Source: the human T2T-CHM13v2.0 reference genome, Homo sapiens. From it: DNA of 64,000 nt. The DNA lies in NCBI RefSeq assembly GCF_009914755.1, contig NC_060933.1. One strand, 5' to 3'. Positions 1 through 14,860 of the stretch are shown here, piece after piece (the first letter of the stretch is position 1; every line of letters starts with the position of its first letter). The notes beneath the pieces were generated by a model. That model was not told the DNA's origin and did no database searches. It saw nothing but the letters and a program-made list of their open reading frames with translations. A program made the translations under genes and the position numbers.

Positions 1-1086
1 ATGCTTTTGGCCTGTGACTTTGATGTCAGGTGTTAATAGTACTCAGCCTCTAAGAGAGACATAAAAAACAAAATCAAAGGGAAAGGTTTCTTTCCCCTTG
101 GGACATTCCTAAGATCTTATTTCAGGAAAGAAAAGGGGGCTGAATGTTAATGTTTCTCAATGCCCAATAAGGCTTTAAAATCCCATTGATAGTTTAGCAA
201 CCAGAAGAGACTTTCTCAAGTCTACTGGCACATGACAGAAGGTGATGATGAACCAGGGTCTCTCAGAAGGTAAGAGAAACCAGTGCCTCTTTCATTTTTT
301 GAGTCATTCCTGATATGTTAAAAATAAAGAAATGCTAAAACAGAGATATAAAAATTGTGCCATATTTTAAATATTTTCAATGAAGAACTTAATGCTGTTA
401 ACAAACACAATGCCATATGAGCCATTCACGATGGTATTAAGAGATTTATGAATATTTTTAGGTATAGTTCAATATAGGCAGTGTGGTCTGGAAACAGGTA
501 GACAAATATAATTTTAAAGCATATTAACACCAACTCCACACGACATATAGGAAACGTGTGCCAAAGTTTCATTTGATTAATGCAGGAAAAATGACACCAG
601 TTAAAAAGGAGGCTATGAAAAATTGAGATTCTTACAGCAAATGGGCAATTCAGGAATGCTAAAGTATGATTACTAAATTAGATATTAAATGATGAATATG
701 CCACAGAGTAATGAAACATAATCTGTGGCTTATCTTATCTTAGAGCCAGAAAAGAAATTTATCACACCTTATTGGTTTCTCAGAATTGTAAATATCTGGA
801 CCCCAATCAATTGTGCGAACTCAGTTACCTTTCCCTAGAGAGTCTGATGACCCTTCATCAGACCTGTTGAGCAATGCATGGTATTAAAGAACATACAATC
901 ATGCTTTGCCTTGTTTCTAAATTTTTCTTAGCAAGACACAAGTTTAAAATTGTATGACAGACATCTGCTGCTTTTAGTCTTACCTCTGTGACTGGTTGCA
1001 TAAATATCTATTCCCAGGAGACCAGGGCAAATAGTCCTTCTACATCTTCACCTTCAATACACGAACACCAGTCAGTTGTATCAAGC

Positions 1087-2034
1087 TGCAAGCCAAAAAT
1101 AAAATTCTAAGGCCCCCAGTTGACTGAACGGATGCCTCTTCTTGGCCAAGGGCATTCCAAAGTAAACCGAAAAACTAGTTCAGGTGGCAATGGAAAGGGG
1201 AATCAGACCTGCCTCATTATACCCTCCTCCCTTTGGGATTCAGGCATAACTTACCAACATTAACATTAAAATAGAGATCTTAAGATTGACAAAACAGACT
1301 CTCTAGCAAATAAGATACCAGATTCCAACCTGACTCTGGTATAGCATCACATGACAGACAGTAGGCTCTGAAAAAAATTGAAGTATTTTTCCCCAAACTA
1401 TATTTTTTGGACGTATTTTGAAATGGCCCTGTAAAGTTGTCTGACGGAGAAAATCTACATTCTGTACAGAAGGCTCTTTCCTTCCCAGGTCCTTTCCTGA
1501 TCCAGGAGAGAGTTAATTCTTAAAGATTAAAATTAGATTAAAGATTAAGATTAGAGAAAGATTGAGATTAGACTCTTAAATCTAGCACATTTTAGAGTCC
1601 GATAAGAGACATTTACCATCTATTCTCTCTGAAGCCTGCTACCTGGAGGCTTCACCTACCTAACAAGAACCTTGGCTTCCACAGTCTCCCCTTATCTTAA
1701 CTACAAACGTTTCTTTCTGCTGACTTCAACACTTCAGGCAGAAGTTTCAACCAATTATCAATCGTGAAATATTTAAACCACCCAAGACCTGGAAGACTTC
1801 ACTTCTCCATATTCTGCTTTTCTAACAGGAATCAATGTACACCTTACACGTATTGGCTTATGTCTCTGCCTGTAACTTCTGTCTCCCTAAAATGTATAAA
1901 ATCAAGCTGTAAGCCAACCACCTGGGGTATATGTTCTCAGGACTTATTGAGGCTGTGCTTCAGGACTTGATCATTCACATTTGGCTGAGAATAAGCCTCT
2001 AAATATTTTACAATGTGACTGTTTTTTGTTGGCA
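1087..2034 (+). mobile_element. MER4-family solo LTR (MER4D/E-like, ERV1)
   Basis: Begins TGCAAGCCAAAAATAAAATTCTAAGGCCCCC (MER4 5' end), ends ...TTGGCA; perfect 4-bp TSD AAGC at 1083-1086 and 2035-2038. Confidence 0.88.
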
Positions 2035-3008
2035 AAGCTCCAAATTGAAAAAATATTCTTAATCCATTGATAGTTGTTTAATAGTGAACTGAAGATTTAT
2101 ATAAGGCAGGCTTCTCATGTTGAAAAGTGCTACTGTATTCTCATCCATCAGAGAAAGCTGTTGAAGAGGTGAGAAGAGGCAATGTAATGTGAAATATCAC
2201 TTTTTTAAGGCAGTAGTACTTGAGTGAAATTCTGTGAAGAGATGCAGGGATGGATTGTTGAAAATTTTATGTAATAGAAGAAAATGTCTCATAATAAGTT
2301 ATGTTCCGAAACTAAAATTCTGTGAGTATGACCAAAATACACTTATCTAATACAAAAATCTCTTCCACAGTGAATACCATTAGGGGCTTATTTAGGAGTA
2401 TGCACTTATATTTGCAATTTAATAGTCATTATTTTTGGAAGTTTTATTAAATCTGTAGAACCTATGCTGTTATGGTTTTAGTATGCATCAATAACTTTTA
2501 AAACTAATTCTAAGTTCACTTTGAAAATAGATAATAGAAAAATTGCATGGAAAGTTACAAATAAGGTGTTGAAAAGATATAAATATTCACCCCAAATCAA
2601 TTACTACTCTTTTCTCTAACTCAGCATCTATCTAAAAATATCCTGGCAATCCAGAAATTGACATGTCTCCACAGTCCTGTGCAAACACTATTTTGAAATC
2701 TAGTTTAGCAAAAACAAAACTTCCAAGAGGAACTAAGATCGGTCACCTGCATTTTCTGCTGAGGGTTGCTGAAGGCAACTTTAGCTGCGTTGTCAACAGT
2801 GCTTGCATGCCTCACCTGGAAGGAATGGGACATTTTGGTGGTATTTGTAATGGGACCAGGATCTGTATTTCAATTCAATTCCTACTCGGTTAGACTTCAA
2901 AGTTATCCTGGGATTTTAATTAAGCACTTGTTGAATAGTAACTGTATGTGTGTCTCTGTGTTTTCTCTTCCACTTTTTCTCAAGATGGCACCCTGCTTCA
3001 TTCATCCT

Positions 3009-5275
3009 TGATATGGTTTGGCTGTGTCCCCACCCAAATCTCATCTTGAATTCCCATGTATTGTGGGAGGGACCTGGTGGGAGGTAATTGAATCACAGGG
3101 GCAGGTCTTTCCCATGCTATTCTTGTGATGGTAAGTCTCATGAGATCTGATGTTTATTTTAAGGGGGAGTTTTCCTGCACAAGCCCTCTTCTCTTGTCTG
3201 CTGAGATGTGGGACATGCCTTTCACCTTCTGCCATGACTGTGAGCTCTCTCCAGCCACGTGGAACAGTTAAGTCCAATAAATCTCTTTCTTTTGTAAATT
3301 GCCCCGTCTCAGTTATGTCTGTATCAGTAGTGTGAAAACAGACTAATACTGTAAATTGGTACCAGTAGAGTGGGACGCTACTGAAAAGATACATGAAAAT
3401 GTGGAAGCAACTTTGGAACTGGGTAATAGGCAGAGGCTGGAACAGTTTGGAGGGCTCAGTAGAAGACAGAAAAATGTGGGAAACTTTGGAACTTCCTAGA
3501 GACTTGTTGAATGGCATTGACCAAAAGCCAGATAGCAATATGGATAATAAGGTCCAGGTTGAGGTGGTCTCAGATGGAGATGAGGAACTTGTTGGGAACT
3601 GAAAGCAAAGGTGACTCTTGTTACCTTTGGAGCAAAGAGAGTGGTGGTATTTTGTCCCTGCCCTAGAGATTTGTAGAACTTTGAACTTGAGAGAGATGAT
3701 TTAGAGTATCTGCTGGAAGAAATTTCTAAACAGCAAAGCATTCAAGAAGTGACTTGGGTTAAAAGGCATTCAGTTTTATAAGAGAAGCAGAGCATAAAAG
3801 TTTGGAAAATTTGCAGCCTGACAATGTGATAGAAAAGAAAAACCCATTTTCTGAGGAGAAATTCAAGCCAGCTGCAGAAATTTTCATAAGTAACGAGGAG
3901 CCAAACGTTAATTCCCAAGACAATGAGGAAAATGTCTCCAGGGCATGGCAGAGGTCTTAACGGCAGCCCCTCCCATCATAGGCTTGGAAGCCTAAGAGAA
4001 AATGGTTTCCTGGGCCAGACCCAGGGCCCCTGTGTTGTGTGTACTCTAGGGATTTGGTGGCCTGTGTCCCAGCCACTCCAGCCGTGATTAAAAGGGGCCA
4101 AGGTACAGCTCGAGCTGTTGCTTCAGAGGGTGGAAGCCCCAGGTCTTGGCAGCTTCCACATGGTGTTGACCCTGTGGGTGCACAGAAGTCAAGAATTGAG
4201 GTTTGTGAACCTCTGCCTAGATTTCCGAAGATGTATGTAAAAGCCTGGATACCCAGGCAAAAGTTTGCTGCAGGGGTGGGGCCCTTATAGAGAACCTCTG
4301 CTAGGTCAGTACAGAAGGGAAATGTTGGGTTGGAGCCTCCACATAGAGTCCCTACTGGGGCACCACCTAGTGGAGCTGTGAGAAGAGGGCCATTGTCCTC
4401 CAGACCTCAGAATGGTAGATCCACTGACAGCTTGCACCATGCGCCTGGAAAAGCTGCTGCAGATACTCAACACCAGCCTGTGAAAGCAGCCGGGAGGGGG
4501 GCCTACCCTGCAAAGCCACAGGGGCAGAGTTGCCCAAGACCATAGGAACCCACCTCTTGCATCAGCGTGACCTGGATGTGAGACATGGAGTCAAAGGATA
4601 TCATCTTGGAGCTTTAAGATTTGACCACTCTGCTGGATTTCAGATTTGCGTGGGGCCTGTAGCCCCTTTGTTTTGGCCAATGTCTCCCATTTGAAATGAC
4701 TGTATTTATCCAATACCTGTACCCCCATTGTATATAGGAAGTAACTAACTTGCTTTTGATTTTACAGGCTCATAGGCAGAAGGGATTTGCCTTGTCTTGG
4801 ATGAGACTTTGGACTGTGGACTTTTGAATTAATGCTGAAATTAGTTAAGACTCTGGGGGACTATTGGGAAGGCATGATTGGTTTTGAAATGTGAGGACAT
4901 GAGATTTGGGAGGGGCCGGGGGCAGAATGATAATGGTTTGGCTGTGTCTCCGCCCAAATCTCATTTTGAATTCCCACGTGTTTTGGGAGGGACCTGGTAG
5001 GAGGTAATTGAATCACGGGGGTAGGTGTTTCCCATGCTGTTCTTATGATAGTAAGTCTCATGAAATCTGATGGTTATGATAACAGGGAGTTTTCCTGCAC
5101 AAGCCCTCTTCTTCTCTTGTCTGCTGCGATGTGAGATGTGCCTTTCACCTTCCGCCATGATTGTGAGGTCTCCCCAGCCACACAGAACTGTAAGTCCAAT
5201 AAATCTCTTTCTTTTGTAAACTGCACCCTGGTCTCAGGTATGTCTTAATCAGCAGCATGAAAATGGACTAATACA
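3009..5275 (+). mobile_element. Complete THE1A element (ERVL-MaLR): 5' LTR 3009-3350, internal 3351-4927, 3' LTR 4928-5275
   Basis: Two direct LTRs (TGAT..GGTTTGGCTGTGTC...CTAATAC); internal region starts GTAAATTGGTACCAG and has a purine-rich tract before the 3' LTR; perfect 5-bp TSD ATCCT (3004-3008, 5276-5280). Confidence 0.95.
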
Positions 5276-5313
5276 ATCCTTATATCTCTAGCACACATCC
5301 AACTGAATGTCAC

Positions 5314-5734
5314 TGTTAGTCCATTTGCATTGCTATAAAGGAATACCTGAGGCTGGTAGTTTATACAGAAAACAGGTTTATTTGGCTTACATTTCTGCAA
5401 GTTGTACAAGTTTGGCACATACATCTGTTTGGTTTCTGGTGAGACCTCAAGAAGCTGACAATCATGGCAGAAAGCAAAGAGGAGCCAGTGCATCACATGG
5501 TGAGAGAGGGAGCAAGAGAAATAGGGAGGAGATGCCAGACTCCTTTAAGCAACTGGATCTCATGTGAACTCACTGAGTGAGAACTCACTCATTACTGTGA
5601 GTACCAGCAGCAACAAGCCATTCATGAGGTATCTGCCCCCATGACCCAAACACCTCCCACTAGCCCCATCTCCAACATTAGAGGTCACACTTCAACATAG
5701 GATTTGGAAGGGATGAAACATCTAAACCATATCA
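5314..5734 (-). mobile_element. MSTB-like solo LTR (MaLR)
   Basis: TGTTAGTCCATTTGCATTGCTATAAAGGAATACCTGAG ... AAACCATATCA; TSD GTCAC/GTCAT. Confidence 0.85.
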
Positions 5735-5970
5735 GTCATAGACGTGGAAGACACACAAGATGCTTGTTGTTTGACTGATTGGAATTAAATTGTTCCACTT
5801 CTCAGGGAGAAATGCCACAATCACAAGCTTCCCACCTGGGGCCCAGGATGCCATAATACCAGGACATTTCCTAGGAATTGAGCCATTACCTCTTCCTCCT
5901 ATATTGAACATTTGGGGAAGGGGATAGGAGGGAAGTACATGCAATTTTACACAAAATGTGCATTGCTACC

Positions 5971-6406
5971 TGTAGTAGGCAGAATAACGGCCCCCAAAAA
6001 TATCCAGGCTCTAACCCCTGAATTATGTAAATGTTACCTTTTTAGAGAAAACTGTATTTGCAGATGTGATTCAGTTAAAGATCTTGAAATGAGGAGACTA
6101 ACCTGGATTATCTGGGTGGGTTCTAAATGCAATCAGAACTATGCTTATAAGAGAGAAGCAGGGAAATTTTGATAGAGAGAAGGCCACACGAAGAAAGAAC
6201 AACAAGAGATATGAAAATGCTGGCCTGGAAAATTAGAGTGATGATGTGATCACAAGCCAAGACAGTCCCTAGAAGTTGCAAAGGCAAGGAAGGGATTCTT
6301 CCCTAGAGTCTCCAGGGGGAGCCCAGCCTTAACACCTTGATTTGACCCAATGATATTGATTTTGGACCTTTGGCATCCAGGACTTTGGTAAGAATAAATT
6401 CATGTT
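5971..6406 (+). mobile_element. MLT1C/D-like LTR, 5' part (split by L1PA2)
   Basis: TGTAGTAGGCAGAATAACGGCCCCC..., TTTGCAGATGTGATT, GATTCTTCCCTAGAG motifs; continues at 12436. Confidence 0.85.
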
Positions 6407-6627
6407 TTTTTTTTCTTTTATTATTATACTTTAAGTTTTAGGGTACATGTGTACACTGTGCAGGTTAGTTACATATGTATACATGTGCCATGCTGGCGCA
6501 CTGCACCCACTAACTTGTCATCTAGCATTAGGTATATCTCCCAATGCTATCCCTCTCCCCTCCCCCCACCCCACAACAGTCCCCAGAGTGTGATGTTCCC
6601 CTTCCTGTGTCCATGTGATCTCATTTT

Positions 6628-10451
<3,824 letters not shown>

Positions 10452-10514
10452 GATGATGTTAGCTGGTTATTTTGCTCGTTAGTTGATGCAGTTTCTTCCT
10501 AGTCTCGATGGTCT

Positions 10515-11528
10515 TTACATTTTGGCATGATTTTGCAGCGGCTGGTACCAGTTGTTCCTTTCCATGTTTAGCGCTTCCTTCAGGAGCTCTTTTAGGGCAG
10601 GCCTGGTGGTGACAAAATCTCTCAGCATTTGCTTGTCTGTAAAATATTTTATTTCTCCTTCACTTATGAAGCTTAGTTTGGCTGGATATGAAATTCTGGG
10701 TTGAAAATTGTTTTCTTTAAGAATGTGGAATATTGGCCCCCACTCTCTTCTGGCTTATAGGGTTTCTGCCGAGAGATCCACTGTTAGTCTGACGGGCTTC
10801 CCTTTGAGGGTAACCCGACCTTTCTCTCTGGCTGCCCTTAACATTTTTTCCTTCATTTCTACTTTGGTGAATCTGACAATTATATGTCTTGGAGTTGCTC
10901 TTCTTGAGGAGTATCTTTGTGGCACTCTCTGTATTTCCTGAATCTGAACGTTGGCCTGCCTTGCTAGATTGGGGAAGTTCTCCTGGATAATATCCTGCAG
11001 AGTGTTTTCCAACTTGGTTCCATTCTCCCCATCACTTTCAGGTACACCAATCAGACGTAGATTTGGTCTTTTCACATAGTCCCATATTTCTTGGAGGCTT
11101 TGCTCATTTCTTTTTATTCTTTTTTCTCTAAACTTCCCTTCTCGCTTCATTTCATTCATTTCATCTTCCATCACTGTACCCTTTCTTCCAGTTGATCGCA
11201 TCAGCTCCTGAGGCTTCTGCATTCTTCACGTAGTTCTCGCCTTGGTTTTCCGCTCCATCAGCTCCTTTAAACACTTCTCTGTATTGGTTACTCTAGTTAT
11301 ACATTCTTCTACATTTTTTTCAAAGTTTTCAACTTCTTTGCCTTTGGTTTGAATGTCCTCCCGTAGCTCAGAGTAATTTGATCGTCTGAAGCCTTCTTCT
11401 CTCAGCTCGTCCAAGTCATTCTCCATCCAGCTTTGTTCCGTTGCTGGTGAGGAACTGCGTTCCTTTGGAGGAGGAGAGGTGCTCTGCTTTTTAGAGTTTC
11501 CAGTTTTTCTGTTCTGTTTTTTCCCCAT
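10515..11528 (-). pseudogene. L1 ORF1p (RNA-binding chaperone), disrupted
   Basis: MGKKQNRKTGNSKKQS... starts at 11528; frameshifted near 11240-11180; premature stop at 10755; native TAA at 10515-10517. Confidence 0.93.
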
Positions 11529-12424
11529 CTTTGTGGTTTTATCTACTTTTGGTCTTTGATGATGGTGATGTACAGATGGGTTTTTGGTGTGGATGTCCTT
11601 TCTGTTTGTTAGTTTTCCTTCTAACAAACAGGACCCTCAGCTGCAGGTCTGTTGGAGTACCCTGCCGTGTGAAGTGTCAGTGTGCCCCTGTTGGGGGGTG
11701 CCTCCCAGTTAGGCTCCTCGGGGGTCAGGGGTCAGGCACCCACTTGAGGAGGCAGTCTGCCCATTCTCAGATCTCCAGCTGCGTACTGGGAGAACCACTG
11801 CTCTCTTCAAAGCTGTCAGACAGGGACATTTAAGTCTGCAGAGGTTACTGCTGTCTTTTTGTTTGTCTGTGCCATGCCCCCAGAGGTGGAGCCTACAGAG
11901 GCAGGCAGGCCTCCTTGAGCTGTGGTGGGCTCCACCCAGTTCGAGCTTCCCCGCTGCTTTGTTTACCTAAGCAAGCCTGGGCAATGGTGGTCGCCCCTCC
12001 CCCAGCCTCGCTGCCGCCTTGCAGTTTGATCTCAGACTGCTGTGCTAGCAATCAGCGAGACTCCGTGGTCGTATGACCCTCCGAGTCAGGTGCGGGATAT
12101 AATCTGGTGGTGCACCGTTTTTTAAGCCCGTTGGACAAGCGCAGTATTCGGGTGGGAGTGGCCTGATTTTCCAGGTGCCGTCCATCACCCCTTTCTTTGA
12201 CTAGGAAAGGGAACTCCCTGACCCCTTGCGCTTCCCGAGTGAGGCAATGCCTCGCCCTGCTTCGGCTCGTGCAAGGTGCGCGCACCCACTGACCTGCGCC
12301 CACTGTCTGGCACTCCCTAGTGAGATGAACCCGGTACCTCAGATGGAAATGCAGAAATCACCCGTCTTCTGCGTCGCTCACGCTGGGAGCTGTAGACCGG
12401 AGCTGTTCCTATTCGGCCATCTTG
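11529..12424. promoter_or_regulatory. L1 5'UTR: internal sense promoter (leftward) and antisense promoter (rightward); YY1 core retained
   Basis: CpG-rich L1 5'UTR; CGGCCATCTTG at 12414-12424 is the reverse complement of the YY1 site; activity is inferred from family knowledge only. Confidence 0.7.
11984..12076 (+). pseudogene. L1 ORF0 (antisense), truncated at codon 31
   Basis: ATG 11984 MVVAPPPASLPPCSLISDCCASNQRDSVVV then TGA at 12074-12076 (GGA in intact ORF0). Confidence 0.85.
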
Positions 12425-12435
12425 CGAAGTTGATC

Positions 12436-12502
12436 AATTCGTGTTGTTTTAAAGACACCAAGTTGGTGGTAATTTGTCATAGAAGCAATAGGAAATGATA
12501 TA
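12436..12502 (+). mobile_element. MLT1C/D-like LTR, 3' part
   Basis: TGTTGTTTTAAAGACACCAAGTTGGTGGTAATTTGTCATAGAAGCAATAGGAAATGATATA; whole-LTR TSD CTACC (5966-5970) / CCACC (12503-12507). Confidence 0.85.
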
Positions 12503-12689
12503 CCACCTGGCCTTCTCTCAGATGGCTGTCCTATCTCCGCACCCACTTCTCTGCAATTCTCCAAACTGAGAAATCTATGATAAGGAGGTCACTGGATCTG
12601 AAGTCAGAAGTCCTGGCCTCATATGCCCACTCTTTATGTAACAGCTGTCTTCACTTTGCCAGGTTCCCAAGTTCCCTTAATTGTACTTG

Positions 12690-12915
12690 GCCTGAGGATA
12701 GATAAATCAGAGCCATAATTTTTGCCTTCAAGGAGCTCACAGCTGAGTGCATTAGACAAATAGGCAATCACAGAAGATCACTGGACAATGTGTACTGAGA
12801 GAGGCAAAGGCAGAGCTCTAGGGGAACTCACACGTGCTTGCAAGCCCTTCACCCAGGCTGGAGGGAGGGAGTGAAGCATGGCAGGGAGGACTTTCCAGAG
12901 GAGCTAATGAGATTA
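12690..12915 (-). mobile_element. L2 3' fragment
   Basis: TGCCTTCAAGGAGCTCACAG... and GGGAGGACTTTCCAGAGGAG, typical of antisense L2. Confidence 0.55.
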
Positions 12916-13069
12916 CTCAAGCCCAGTAATAAGACTTCCACTAATTGCTAACATTGTTAATGCTATCTGCCAGCTCTGCACTGGACTGCTGGCGCTGGGG
13001 GAGCAGAGCTCATATGGAGCGCGATGTAAGTGTGCCATCCGGAGTTAGGTGATGCAGCAGCCTTCCCTG

Positions 13070-13275
13070 GCAGTGCCAAATGCTTTACACAGGTGAGTTC
13101 ATTGAATTTTTGCAGTCACAAGCAAGTGACTATTTTTAATCTGATTTTCCCCACAAATAAACTGAGGCACAAAATGAATAAGTAACTTGCCAGAGCTCCT
13201 ACAGTTAGTGAGGGGTGAGAAGTTCTGAGAAAGTAAAACCCAGTCTTTATCCATAGCTCCTGCTTTTAACCATTC
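13070..13275 (-). mobile_element. MIR
   Basis: AAACTGAGGCACAAAATGAATAAGTAACTTGCCAGAG, antisense MIR core. Confidence 0.75.
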
Positions 13276-13734
13276 TTGAAATGGATATTATTTTTCTCAG
13301 ACACGGACTGTGTAACTCAGTGGTGCCGAAACAAAATATGGTGTATTTCTCTATGATGAAATGTAAAGTAGCTCCAAATCTCAATTTCTACTTATGAAAA
13401 GAAGAAGAAGGCAGCAGTTTAACCTTAACACTCAACCACACGTGGGTTCAACTTAGTAACTGCTAGTTTCCATTAGTTGCTTTTGGATGAAAGCAAAATT
13501 CAGAATGTACCCCTCCCTCCTATCTTTCCTAGGGGACGTCTGAGTTTAGAGATACCTTATTTGGCATAGTAGTGTCAGAGTTGACTGAGGCTGTCAGTTC
13601 CACGGGCTCTCTGTCCTTCTTAGTCCACCTGCTAAGGTGCTGTGGCCCTCAGGCTGCCGCTCAGTAACTTCCACACCTGTCAGATGTCTTGGGCTATTTC
13701 AAAGTCAAGGGGGAGCCTCTCTCTGCACCAGTAT

Positions 13735-13880
13735 TGATTCTCCAGAGTTCAATTCCAACTGCATGGTGAGCTAATGCTGTGACCTTGGACATGTTGCTTA
13801 ACCTAAAATGCCTCAATTTTCTCCCCGTTAAATAAAGAAGATAATCGGAAACCTTTGTGAGGTCTTTGTAGTGTGTTAAC
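13735..13880 (+). mobile_element. MIR
   Basis: GCTGTGACCTTGGACATGTTGCTTAACCT...GCCTCAATTTTCTC, MIR core. Confidence 0.7.
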
Positions 13881-13959
13881 TTGGCTAGGTTAAACCACAG
13901 TCCCAACGTTTTTTCCTCTTCTATTTCTGGTTACAGTGGGAACCAAGAGAGACTCTTGT

Positions 13960-14475
13960 TGGAGGTTTGGAGGGCAAAGCAAAGCAGCTGCCATGCTGCA
14001 GCTCACATGTGTCCTGGCTCACCTGCCAGCTCACCTCAATGGTGTGAGGCCACAGCTGGGCCTGCAACTGCTCCCCATTCCCTTAGACTCTCTCCTTCAG
14101 CTTCTCTGGCTCCTGGGCCAGCTGTGTGTGTTTAGTTCCATGATGAAGGGCCCTGGCTTTTGGAAGGCAGCCACACCAGCAAGGTTACAGGCAACAGGAA
14201 GTGATACTGTTTCCAATCTGTCCTATGGATTCCACAAGGCTCCAGGTCATTTTACTGGTTCCAGCTTGTCCTTGCTCTCCCTCAATTTACATCCATCCTC
14301 CCTCCCCTACTGCCTGCTCTGTGGAGCAAGCTCCAACATCAATTGTAGAAACAGCAAATGCAAGAGCCATACAGAGGCTGCTGAACCAGCTCCCACGATT
14401 GCATCAGGTCAGATCTCTGTAGGAAGTATGTCCCTTGAGTGGTTCTGCCTCTCTGATTGAGCCCTGACAGATGCT
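13960..14475 (+). mobile_element. Old ERVL LTR (LTR33/LTR41-group-like)
   Basis: 3' end AACCAGCTCCCACGATTGC...GTGGTTCTGCCTCTCTGATTGAGCCCTGACAGATGC resembles the ERVL LTR terminus; 5' boundary uncertain. Confidence 0.6.
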
Positions 14476-14732
14476 TCTCTCCAGATGCTGCTGTGAGATC
14501 CACTGAGGCAATGATGGAAAGCCATTAGAGGAGATCCTGGCACACAGGAAGCCCTCAGTACTTGGCGAACATTGTCATCTAGGAAAACAACAAGGGTTTG
14601 GAGATAAGACAACCCTTGATTCAATCCTAGATTTGTAGCCATGTGTGTTTGACCAAGTTATTTCTACCTATAGCGTTGTTATGAGGATCAGGGACGAGGT
14701 ACGTGCAGGTCTGAAGCATAGTCAGTGCTTAT

Positions 14733-14860
14733 CCAGGATAGCCAGTACAGTTGTCCAAGCTGTGCACTGCACATTCCTGGGGTGCCACTGAGTTGAAGTC
14801 CATGTGAGTGACTATCTAGGGAGTTGCTCAGGGAGCAGTCGGGGTGGCGGTGTACAGCAG
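14733..14860. mobile_element. MER91-like hAT-Tip100 relic
   Basis: TACAGTTGTCCAAGCTGTGCACTGCACA...GGTGCCAC resembles the MER91 terminus. Confidence 0.45.

Noticed and set aside
844-870. CTGATGA as a hammerhead ribozyme core or snoRNA C box
   Set aside because: The motif is itself paired in the hairpin. No stem II-GAAA follows, and no convincing C/D terminal stem is visible.
3041-5158. ORFs in the track (165 aa and shorter) as genes
   Set aside because: All lie within the THE1A LTRs or internal region and give typical MaLR chance translations.
11529-12424. CpG island of a host gene promoter
   Set aside because: CpG richness is fully explained by the L1 5'UTR.
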